Shown one piece after another: positions 7,187 to 14,983 of a stretch of DNA of 26,046 nucleotides. The notes beneath the pieces are model-generated. The model searched no databases. It was given only the letters and a program-made list of their open reading frames with translations, and was not told where the DNA came from. The DNA lies in contig CBDULO010000001.1 in the NCBI GenBank assembly GCA_965368095.1, positions 1-26,046 on the forward strand, read 5' to 3'. Source of the DNA: an uncultured bacterium. GTDB lineage: Bacteria > Patescibacteriota > Patescibacteriia > 2-12-FULL-60-25. The translations under genes and the position numbers were made by a program. Positions within the stretch are counted from its first letter, which is position 1. Each line of letters begins with the position of its first letter.

Positions 7187-7232
7187 AGTAGACGTGCCCC
7201 CGGTTGTGCCGGAGAATCCCTCTTTGGGATAT
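7187..7232 (-). promoter_or_regulatory. candidate rpsF leader (possible S6:S18-binding autoregulatory element)
   Basis: Two hairpins immediately upstream of ATG: AUCCC-AAAGA-GGGAU, and CUCCGG-CACAA-CCGGGG, which sequesters a G-rich SD-like run. Position matches the known S6:S18 leaders; the fold match is not verified. Confidence 0.35.
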
Positions 7233-7419
7233 GGACTGTCTTAGAGAATCTATTAACCACCTTTTCTTCGACTTTATCTCGCCCATTTCAGCTGCAAACC
7301 CTTCAGCGGTCCTCAACATAGCCATTAACTATGCCTCGTCACGTTTCAGAATTTTCGCTCGAAATGATTCGAGATAAATCAATAAAGAAAGGCAATGAAC
7401 AGATTCTTGAATTAGTGCC
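7233..7419 (-). ncRNA. about 187-nt rod-shaped RNA (6S-like size and shape, class unconfirmed)
   Basis: Nested inverted repeats 7233-7237/7414-7419, 7245-7251/7401-7407, 7273-7281/7370-7378, 7284-7292/7357-7366 and 7317-7321/7329-7333. The 5' end lies directly downstream of the promoter at 7423-7451. Confidence 0.55.
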
Positions 7420-7422
7420 GCA

Positions 7423-7451
7423 ACCTTAATGAAATCCTCCCTTTTTGTCAA
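7423..7451 (-). promoter_or_regulatory. sigma70 promoter for the rod RNA and rpsF operon
   Basis: TTGACA (7451-7446), 17 nt, TAAGGT (7428-7423). Confidence 0.7.
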
Positions 7452-7479
7452 CCCTCACACCCTTTAAAATAGGATAGTA

Positions 7480-7514
7480 AACAGGCCCCGAGCGTCTTTC
7501 GACTACTCGGGGCC
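7480..7514 (-). terminator. intrinsic terminator after the 7523-9814 gene
   Basis: GGCCCCGAG/CTCGGGGCC 9-bp stem with an inner GTC-GAAA-GAC hairpin on the minus strand, followed by TGTTT. Confidence 0.7.
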
Positions 7515-7522
7515 AGAATCGC

Positions 7523-9814
7523 TCAATGAGCTGGTGGAGGCTTCATCGTCTGCGAACGCAGACGATCCGGCAATTCACCACCGCACTTATCGGCGAGATA
7601 ATGCGGGAGCACGCGAAGCGGAATGAACATCCCGCTTTGCAAGGGGTCCTCGATCACCGCTCCCGCCAGAATATGCGCGAAATCGATGGCCGCATAACGA
7701 TCGAGCGGAAGCAAGCATCCCTCCTTTCGCTCAAGATGCGGCCCCACATCATCCATGAGTCTCACGATGGCATCGCTGAACTTCACAAGGACATCTCGAC
7801 TGATCGCCGGAGGCGGCTCGGTCGACGGAGGGCGATCGCTCTTTGGATTCGCGAAGGCTCGCTCTCTCCTTGTCGCCCTGGGCTTCGGAAAGGAAATGGC
7901 CTTCTTCTCATCCCAAGTGCTGTAGATAAGCGCCTCGTTCTGCGTCTGAAGCTCGGCATTATGCGCCTGCGCCTCAGCAAGCTGCATACGAAGCTCCTCG
8001 ATTTGCGCTCGGAATTCTCGAGCCTGCTCATCGCGCGAAGCGTCTTGCGTATGAATGCGCGCCTCGAGCGCTTTCACCTGCTCGTTCCGCTCGTCATTGA
8101 GAAGAAGCATCTGCCTCTGCATGCCTTGAAAGCGGCCCTCGAGTTCGGCAATCCGCGCGTCGCGCGCGGCATCCTCCCAAAGCTTCACGTCCTGGCTGGC
8201 TTCCTGAGCCTCTTTGAACGGGAGCTTGATCTTCCGAGTCGGCTCGCCGTCGAAAGGGGCCGGTTCGGATTTCGCCGCCTGCTTCTGAAGCTCCTCGCGC
8301 AGACGCTCCTGCATCTGCTCGGCCGCCCAAAGCTCTGCTTTCGCTTTCAAATGCAATTCGTCGATTTCACGCCGATCGCGCTCGAGCGAAGCCTCCATGG
8401 TTGCCGCGTAGCCGTAGAGGCCCGTGACTTCCATGAAGATCGTATTGAGCTCCTCGCGAATCTCCTCAGCCCGTTCGCCCGCTTCGGAGTGCTCAAATTG
8501 CTCGATCTCCGCACGAATCTCTTCGAAGAGATGATCGTACGAAACGGCAATCACATAGGCATCGATAGCGCTCGCATCAGCCTCCTTCTTCTTGGCCTCC
8601 TGGCGCGCCTTACTCCGCATGAGTTCGAGCGTCCGCTGTCGGATATAGAGCCTGTCCAGACCGGAGGGCTTCAGCTCTTCCAACTCATTCATGAGTTTCG
8701 GGATACGCTCAGCGATATTTCGCCGGCGCTCAATCTCCGCTTCTACTGAGAGAAGCTTAATCTTCAATGTCTCATTCAAGGCTTCCGCCATGACGAGCCT
8801 GGACTTCAATGCATGATATTCAGAAGGGGCGTCCACTCCCTCCTGAGCTCGGGTCTGAAATTGTTCATCTTGCTGATCGGCCCCGGCGTGTCCGATCGCA
8901 GATTTCTTGAGCGAACGAATGCCGCTCTTATCAGAGAGATGCTCGATCTCTTCGTCACGCTCCTTGAGAAGGAGAGCGGATTGCTCGAGAGCATTTTCCA
9001 ATTCACGAATACGCTTGTCGCGTTCGCGGATCGTGCTCAGTCGCTCTTCGTTTTTCTCCTCATGGCGAGCCATGAGCGTCTCTTCTTGTGTATCCAGAAT
9101 GCGGTGCCATTCGCGCTGATCGCGTCGGCGGACGAACATAAAGGAAAAAAAGGCGATGCCCAAACCGGCCATGAGGCCGAGAAGGAAATATACCCAGACA
9201 TAGGATTGAACGGCGCGAGAAGTGGCGGGCGTCCGCGCGTGAACGGGATGCAGTGTCGGAACACGTACTCCTGTTTCACTCGGATTCGTTGCCGGCTCCT
9301 GACTCGCCGATCGAAGATGAGCGATCGTCCGTTCCTGTCCTTCGACAAGATCATTCAGCCGCGACACTTCTTGACGAAACGACTCGATCAATGGTTCCGA
9401 ACCCATGCCTCTTGCCTGCGCGAGAGCCGATGGAATCAGATAGGTCAGCCCTTGCACGAGCCAGTAGCGCCGATCTCCCGACGCGCATCTGTCATGTAAG
9501 GATGGATTGCGCGAAAGCCTTCTTGTTCCGTCGCCTAGGCGGCAAACGTAAATGATTTTTCCCGGATTCGCGTCCACGATATCTTGTAGGGTGATGTTCA
9601 AACGATGATCGAGCGCCGTCCGCGACATCGTCGCGAAACGATCGAACGAAGCATCGGATCCCGCTCGAATGAATACCGCGCCGGCCTCTCGGTCAGCGCG
9701 TGAAATTCTGGAATACGTTTCCGGTTCCTGCGCCATGCTCCCAAGAGGGCAAAGCAGGATGAGGGAAACGAAACCCAGCACGTTGATGAAGAGACTGGTG
9801 AAAACACGGTGCAT
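7523..9814 (-). CDS. single-pass membrane protein: signal peptide, LysM-like domain, TM helix, long cytoplasmic coiled coil (763 aa)
   Basis: ATG 9814 with AAGGGGA SD, signal peptide ending SMA-QE, NITLQDIVDANP...WLVQGLTYLIP, TM VYFLLGLMAGLGIAFFSFMFV-RRR, heptad-rich C-terminal half. Confidence 0.75.
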   Translation of the reverse strand: MHRVFTSLFINVLGFVSLILLCPLGSMAQEPETYSRISRADREAGAVFIRAGSDASFDRFATMSRTALDHRLNITLQDIVDANPGKIIYVCRLGDGTRRLSRNPSLHDRCASGDRRYWLVQGLTYLIPSALAQARGMGSEPLIESFRQEVSRLNDLVEGQERTIAHLRSASQEPATNPSETGVRVPTLHPVHARTPATSRAVQSYVWVYFLLGLMAGLGIAFFSFMFVRRRDQREWHRILDTQEETLMARHEEKNEERLSTIRERDKRIRELENALEQSALLLKERDEEIEHLSDKSGIRSLKKSAIGHAGADQQDEQFQTRAQEGVDAPSEYHALKSRLVMAEALNETLKIKLLSVEAEIERRRNIAERIPKLMNELEELKPSGLDRLYIRQRTLELMRSKARQEAKKKEADASAIDAYVIAVSYDHLFEEIRAEIEQFEHSEAGERAEEIREELNTIFMEVTGLYGYAATMEASLERDRREIDELHLKAKAELWAAEQMQERLREELQKQAAKSEPAPFDGEPTRKIKLPFKEAQEASQDVKLWEDAARDARIAELEGRFQGMQRQMLLLNDERNEQVKALEARIHTQDASRDEQAREFRAQIEELRMQLAEAQAHNAELQTQNEALIYSTWDEKKAISFPKPRATRRERAFANPKSDRPPSTEPPPAISRDVLVKFSDAIVRLMDDVGPHLERKEGCLLPLDRYAAIDFAHILAGAVIEDPLQSGMFIPLRVLPHYLADKCGGELPDRLRSQTMKPPPAH

Positions 9815-9890
9815 TTGAGCTTCCCCTTTGTGAAAGTGCTCAACTCCATTGGTACATAAAAATTTTCCTTTGTCAATCCTCCATATATGC

Positions 9891-9922
9891 AAAAGAGCCC
9901 CGATGTATACACATCAGGGCTC
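9891..9922 (-). terminator. intrinsic terminator between the two paralogs
   Basis: Minus strand GAGCCCTGATGT-GTAT-ACATCGGGGCTC-TTTT. Confidence 0.75.
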
Positions 9923-9952
9923 AGCAAACGGGCGTTATGCCCGCATGTTCAA

Positions 9953-11983
9953 CTACTCTCCTTCCACCGGACCCGGGGCGGGGAGCGTCTTATGATACTT
10001 AGAGCTTTCGCTCTTTCCATTCGACTTTCCAATCCCGGACTTGGTGCGAATCACCGTACCGGAACCGGTATCAATCCTCGAAAACGGCGCTGTTTCGACG
10101 CGTTCGAGCGGCGCCGTCGGATTATCGACCTCTCTGGTCAGCTCGTCGTCGCCGTCCGCAAGGTCAATGATTTCGACCGGAGCGGAAGACTTGCTCGGAG
10201 CATAGAAGCCCGGACTCGCCGCGGCGGCGATGTCCTTTCCGGTACTTCCGACGAAGGCTCGATCATGAAGCTGCCTGAGATCTCCCTCGAGACTCATCAG
10301 CGCCCCGTAGAGCGCGGTGAGCATCTGGCTGACCACATGGCTCTTCATGCCAAAAATCTTCACCTGGCCGCCTTCGAGAAGGACGCCTTTCTGGTTGAAG
10401 ATGTCTAGAACCCCTTCGAAATGAAGCTTGGATGAACGTGCCAACTCCAGCATCCCCTCGTAATCGGAGGTCGACGGAGTATCGGAGAGAATGACCGGAT
10501 TCGCCTCCAGCTCTTCGCGCTCCTTTTCAAGAGCCACGATTCGCTGAGCTTTCCGAGCCGCTTCTTCTCGTACAAGTTCGAGCCCTTCGGAAAGAGCCCG
10601 CTCCGTCTCTTCGAGATCGGCGACGCGTCCCCTGAGTTGTTCGGCCTCCGCTTCCGCGGCCGCCTTCTCCTCTGAAAGCACCTCATTCCGCTTGTGAAGC
10701 GCGCGACTCTCTCGCGACTTATCCTTCACCTGAAGCAGTTCTCTCGAGATGGCCTTTCGAACCTTCTCCGGCGAGTCCGTATCGGTGCCGGGAAGCACAT
10801 CCTTGATGGCCTGCTTGATGAATCGAGCATTGCCGACTTCTTCGAGAACGCCGTTGAGCTCCTCGTGAATATCGCCATATGCGGGACTCCAGGCTTCCGT
10901 ATCGCGCGTCGCTCTCGCGATCGTCGTATGTGATCGGGCCATCTCCTTGATGAGCGCGACCGTATCTTCCGTAGAACCTGCGGGCATTCCCGCATCATTC
11001 CACGCAACTCGAATGCCATTGTCGTGATCGACAGTCTCGAGCTTGTGCCGAAGACGATCGATCTCAACTTGCTTCGAGTGCAGTTTCTTGTAGGCTGTAT
11101 GCAATCTATACCCCAGGGCGCCAACCAAGAGCATGAGTCCTATCAGAAGAAAATAGATGACAATGAGCACGGGACTGGACATGCTCAAGTCTGCGGTTGC
11201 TGTATTCGTATCTCCCTGAGTCTCCGCTTGCGACCCCGGGATTTCATTCTGAAGATCCGTCCCCGCGATAGCGGGAGTTTCTTCAGCAGAAAGAGCCTCG
11301 GAGGCTGCGAGATCAGTCTGATTGATAGACGTCGTCGACGCATCGGATGCACGCGTAAGCGTACGGCCCATGCTGCGAATAACGGCCTGTGTCTGCTGAT
11401 AGGTAGGCGGCTGAGCCTCTCCCATGAGATCGGCAAGTTCGGTCAGCTGACCCCCCAATTCAGCGGGAGCCGGAACCGTCTCTCCAATATCACCGGAGTC
11501 GAGCTCTCGTACCATCTCTTCCGCCCGTTCACCGGGCGTGAGCTGGCGCGATGCCGGCACGCGGTATACGGTCGGACGACCAAGGTCCGACGTTGCAATG
11601 GTCCACCGAGCACATGATCCCAAGGAACAGAAACTGCTCCAAGTCACAGGTGTCGACGTTCCGTTCTGAGAAGGACATGAGCCATTGCGGCTCATCGCCC
11701 CGGAAGGCCGGCGATAAATCAGCCGGCATGGATTGGCAGCTTCGAACTGAGCAACGGAGACATGCAAGGACGCGTCCTCGAGTCCGCCGTTCACCCGCTC
11801 GAGCATCTGCTCGTAAGAAGCCCCTCGCCCGGCGATGAAACAGCGAAACCCTTCCGGGCAACGCGCGTCATCAGCTCGAAGCTCAAGTACCTCTCCGCGG
11901 CCGGGAAGCGAGGCATCTTGTGCCATCGCCGCCATCGGAACCATCATGAGAAACGCGAACGTACAAGTAGCGATCCAACGCAT
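9953..11983 (-). CDS. single-pass membrane protein, paralog of the 7523-9814 gene (676 aa)
   Basis: ATG 11983 with GAGGA SD, signal peptide ending AMA-QD, GASYEQM...VSVAQFEAANP...DLGRPTVYRVP, TM IYFLLIGLMLLVGALG, coiled coil, Ser/Thr/Pro/Gly-rich tail. Confidence 0.75.
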   Translation of the reverse strand: MRWIATCTFAFLMMVPMAAMAQDASLPGRGEVLELRADDARCPEGFRCFIAGRGASYEQMLERVNGGLEDASLHVSVAQFEAANPCRLIYRRPSGAMSRNGSCPSQNGTSTPVTWSSFCSLGSCARWTIATSDLGRPTVYRVPASRQLTPGERAEEMVRELDSGDIGETVPAPAELGGQLTELADLMGEAQPPTYQQTQAVIRSMGRTLTRASDASTTSINQTDLAASEALSAEETPAIAGTDLQNEIPGSQAETQGDTNTATADLSMSSPVLIVIYFLLIGLMLLVGALGYRLHTAYKKLHSKQVEIDRLRHKLETVDHDNGIRVAWNDAGMPAGSTEDTVALIKEMARSHTTIARATRDTEAWSPAYGDIHEELNGVLEEVGNARFIKQAIKDVLPGTDTDSPEKVRKAISRELLQVKDKSRESRALHKRNEVLSEEKAAAEAEAEQLRGRVADLEETERALSEGLELVREEAARKAQRIVALEKEREELEANPVILSDTPSTSDYEGMLELARSSKLHFEGVLDIFNQKGVLLEGGQVKIFGMKSHVVSQMLTALYGALMSLEGDLRQLHDRAFVGSTGKDIAAAASPGFYAPSKSSAPVEIIDLADGDDELTREVDNPTAPLERVETAPFSRIDTGSGTVIRTKSGIGKSNGKSESSKYHKTLPAPGPVEGE

Positions 11984-12111
11984 GTTTTCCTCTTGTCGAA
12001 GGTGCGGTCCATCACTCCCCGAGACTGGGTAGCGACAGCTCAGTCCACCATACCTTATAATACATGTCAAGGGGTAGCCATCGAGCAATACTCCTTAAAT
12101 TCTTCTCTAAT

Positions 12112-13278
12112 ATGAGCCATTTTTGCCTATTTGGTAACCATCCATTGATCTCACTCGCCGAAGTAAGAAGCGTTTTTGGCGTCGATCCCGCATTTCAGCT
12201 CCAATCCCTGGCTGTATACAAGGAAAAGCTTGATACAAAATATGCCGGCGATACACTGGGCGGACTGGTGAAAGCGGGAGATATTATTTGGCATGGAAAA
12301 AGAAAAGATTTTGATATCGATCTTCTCGCCGAGTGGATTAAAAAACACCATAAGACAAGTAAAATTTTATTCGGCCTCACTATTTATGCCGAAAATAAAA
12401 AAGACCTCGTAAAATTTAAACATACCCCGATCGAATTAAAGAAGGCGCTGAAACCCCTTGGAAAAAAGGTGCGTTGGGTGACGGGAGAACGGGGGGAAAT
12501 TCGCCCGGTGACCATTCAAAAAATGAAGCTCATCGATGAGGGGCATGACTTTGTCATCATTTTATATAAATCGGATCTCTATATCGGCAGAACGACCAGC
12601 GTTCAAAATGCGGATACTTGGAGCGAGCGTGACTACGGTCGTCCATTTCGTGACGCGAAGACAGGCATGCTCCCCCCAAAGCTCGCGCGCATGATGATTA
12701 ATCTGGCCGTAGGGACAAAGCCAAAAAAAGGGGACGCGCTGCTCGATCCATTCTGCGGAAGCGGCACGGTTCTCATGGAAACAGCTATGCGTTATCCGAC
12801 GCTCCGACGCATCGGTTCGGATATCGACAATAAACAAGTCCGGGGAGCCGAACGAAATATGCAATGGCTCAAAAAGCGCGAGCTCGTCACCTCGAAACTT
12901 GAGACGGAATGGTTCACATCAACCGCGCAAGATATAGCCGAAAAAATCAAAGCGCCGATCAGCCATATTGTCACGGAAGGATTTCTTGGACGCCCATTGC
13001 AAGGGCGGGAAACACGGCATGAGCTGGAACGAAATATGCATGAAGTGCAAACCATTTGGAATGAGACCCTGCCGGCATTCGGGTCCCTACAAAAAAAGGG
13101 AGGGATCGTTGTATGCGCCTGGCCTGAATACCTCGTGGGGAAAGAAACGGTTGCTCTCGATATGGCGCAAGCGGTAAAAGCAGCCGGATACATACGCAAA
13201 GACAAAAACAATTTCCTTTACGGACGTGAAAATCAATTTGTTCGTCGGAGAATTGTTTTACTCGAAAAAACAGCGTGA
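12112..13278 (+). CDS. Trm11/UPF0020-family SAM-dependent RNA methyltransferase (388 aa)
   Basis: RDYGRP-RD---GMLPPKLARMMINLA, LLDPFCGSGTVLME, GSDID. Start moved to ATG 12112. Confidence 0.85.
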   Translation: MSHFCLFGNHPLISLAEVRSVFGVDPAFQLQSLAVYKEKLDTKYAGDTLGGLVKAGDIIWHGKRKDFDIDLLAEWIKKHHKTSKILFGLTIYAENKKDLVKFKHTPIELKKALKPLGKKVRWVTGERGEIRPVTIQKMKLIDEGHDFVIILYKSDLYIGRTTSVQNADTWSERDYGRPFRDAKTGMLPPKLARMMINLAVGTKPKKGDALLDPFCGSGTVLMETAMRYPTLRRIGSDIDNKQVRGAERNMQWLKKRELVTSKLETEWFTSTAQDIAEKIKAPISHIVTEGFLGRPLQGRETRHELERNMHEVQTIWNETLPAFGSLQKKGGIVVCAWPEYLVGKETVALDMAQAVKAAGYIRKDKNNFLYGRENQFVRRRIVLLEKTA

Positions 13279-13281
13279 GGA

Positions 13282-13310
13282 TTGACAAAATCAGAAAAAA
13301 ATGCCAATCT
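13282..13310 (+). promoter_or_regulatory. sigma70-type promoter
   Basis: TTGACA 13282-13287, 17 nt ending TGC, CAATCT 13305-13310. Confidence 0.5.
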
Positions 13311-13356
13311 ACGCTGTTCCGCAATATAGCGGCACAAGCACCTTTCAGAGGAGAGC

Positions 13357-14427
13357 ATGTCCTCAGACAAATCACCGAAACCGATACATCTTCGGCTCGT
13401 AGAACGTGAGCCGCTCATTCTCGATGGGATAAACGACGATGAAGCACCGGGGTCGGATACCGACGCCTTTCATCGCGATACGCTCGTCGATCATACGCCG
13501 CTTCAGCTCGACATGGTCGAGATGCTGCCGACACAAACCTTCGATCGAGGGGTAATCGTGCAAAGCGTCGAAGCAAATCAACGACGCCGCTACTACCTCA
13601 TTCTCGAAGGGCTCGCTGAACAGCGATTCTTGAAGAGGGACGGGTCTCTCGGAGAAGATTTCAAGCACCTGAAGAAGGGAGATGTGATCGGCATCACGTC
13701 CTTCGCCGAGGTCAAGACCGCGACACATCTTCATGTGCGCGTCATCGATCTCGATGACATCGACCGGTCGAATAACGCAAGCCTCATCCAGCATGCCCAC
13801 GGGCTGATTCTCAATGCCACCCTGCTTGCCGGGAATATCGCCCGGCAAGAAGTCCTCCGTTACGAGGACATGGTCGGTGAACTGGAGTCGGTCATCAACC
13901 ATTCGGACGGGCGCGTCAACCGGCTCAATGCCGAGCTGAATGCCGCGAATGAACGAGCTGATGTCGCGGAACGCCGCGCGAAGGAAATCGACGCGCTGGC
14001 AAAGGGCGATCTGAAGGCTCATGTCAACGAAGTGCTCGCGCAGAAAATCAAGCCCCTCCAAGAGGAGCGTGATGCTCACGCGGCCACTGTGCGCCGGATC
14101 ATGCCGTGGTTGCGCGAATTCTTCAAAATCTGGCCGGAGCTCCAAGCGGAGCTCCGCCGCCTTCGCAAAGACCAAAAAGCTGACGCCATCTCCATGGCCG
14201 ATATGCTCCCATTCATACGGAAAGAGCAAGGTGAAGAAATCGATCGTTTGCGCCAAGAGATCGAAAAGGCAGAAATGACCTGTCTCGATCTCAAAAAGCG
14301 CATGATCGAAATCGTCGCCCCAGCCATTCCGAAACTCACGAAAAAGGAAGATGAGGATGCTATTCGCCTGGCTCTCGACCTTTTGAGTGAGCTCTACGCT
14401 CTGCGTATTCCAGTGAAATTCGATTAG
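13357..14427 (+). CDS. hypothetical cytoplasmic protein with a beta-rich N-terminal domain and long coiled coil (356 aa)
   Basis: GAGGAG SD before ATG, own promoter and terminator, heptads from about residue 170, no TM segment. Confidence 0.75.
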   Translation: MSSDKSPKPIHLRLVEREPLILDGINDDEAPGSDTDAFHRDTLVDHTPLQLDMVEMLPTQTFDRGVIVQSVEANQRRRYYLILEGLAEQRFLKRDGSLGEDFKHLKKGDVIGITSFAEVKTATHLHVRVIDLDDIDRSNNASLIQHAHGLILNATLLAGNIARQEVLRYEDMVGELESVINHSDGRVNRLNAELNAANERADVAERRAKEIDALAKGDLKAHVNEVLAQKIKPLQEERDAHAATVRRIMPWLREFFKIWPELQAELRRLRKDQKADAISMADMLPFIRKEQGEEIDRLRQEIEKAEMTCLDLKKRMIEIVAPAIPKLTKKEDEDAIRLALDLLSELYALRIPVKFD

Positions 14428-14434
14428 CCGGATC

Positions 14435-14468
14435 AAAAAACCCCGATGGATTCTTCCACCGGGGTTTT
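14435..14468. terminator. bidirectional intrinsic terminator
   Basis: AAAACCCCG...TGGA-TTCT-TCCA...CGGGGTTTT between convergent genes. Confidence 0.75.
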
Positions 14469-14474
14469 CTACGT

Positions 14475-14738
14475 TTACGGATATATCTGATTTCCATCAT
14501 CATCGTATAAAATGATCGCTTGTGTTGGGCACGATTGAGCCGCCAGCAAAATTGTTTCATCATCAGCTCCTTTTTCATCGATAATCACCGCTTTATTTTC
14601 TTCATCAAGCTGAAAAACCGCCGGCGCAACCGTCACACAAGGCGCCGCCCCAATGCAAAGATCTCGATCCACTTCCACTTTTCCAATTTTCAGCGGCTTC
14701 GGCTCCTGCTTTCCTTCATCTTTTTTTACATCAGTCAT
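14475..14738 (-). CDS. single-cluster ferredoxin, probably [3Fe-4S] (87 aa)
   Basis: VDRDLCIGAAPCVTVAPAVF...AAQSCPTQAI; the second Cys of CxxCxxC is replaced by Ala. ATGA overlap with the upstream gene. Confidence 0.9.
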   Translation of the reverse strand: MTDVKKDEGKQEPKPLKIGKVEVDRDLCIGAAPCVTVAPAVFQLDEENKAVIIDEKGADDETILLAAQSCPTQAIILYDDDGNQIYP

Positions 14739-14983
14739 AGCGAGGCTTGGATAAATCGAATATCTTTTATCCCAGGCGCCTTCTCTCGCAAAACTTCTTC
14801 GATACCGGAAGTATAGTTCTCTGTGCAAGCACAGCCTCCGCAAAATCCGGTGAGTTCAATCGTACAAGAAATATCATCTGCTTCCGTAATGCGAATAGAT
14901 CGACCGGCGGATACGAGCATCGGCTGGATATCTTCCAGCGCCTTTTCCAAAATCACTTTTATTTCCATATGCGTCTCGTGCAT
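14735..14983 (-). CDS. stand-alone NifU C-terminal (Nfu) domain protein (82 aa)
   Basis: LEDIQPML...IELTGFCGGC...GIEEVLREKAP. TAATG and ATGA overlaps with its neighbours. Confidence 0.8.
   Translation of the reverse strand: MHETHMEIKVILEKALEDIQPMLVSAGRSIRITEADDISCTIELTGFCGGCACTENYTSGIEEVLREKAPGIKDIRFIQASL

Noticed and set aside
7290-7315. AGG-ACC...GGU-UUGCAGC resembling SRP RNA helix 8
   Set aside because: Lacks the conserved CAGG/AGCA symmetric loop and GNRA cap, and is not at the apex of the rod.
7526-8749. 407-aa plus-strand ORF, plus 8813-9499, 9887-10408, 11024-11617 and 13372-14436
   Set aside because: Antisense shadows of GC-rich coiled-coil genes. The opposite strands have signal peptides, SD motifs, TM helices or heptads and terminators.
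12045-12070. TTGACA on the minus strand upstream of the 9953-11983 gene
   Set aside because: No acceptable -10 hexamer at 16-18 nt spacing, so it is not reported as a promoter.
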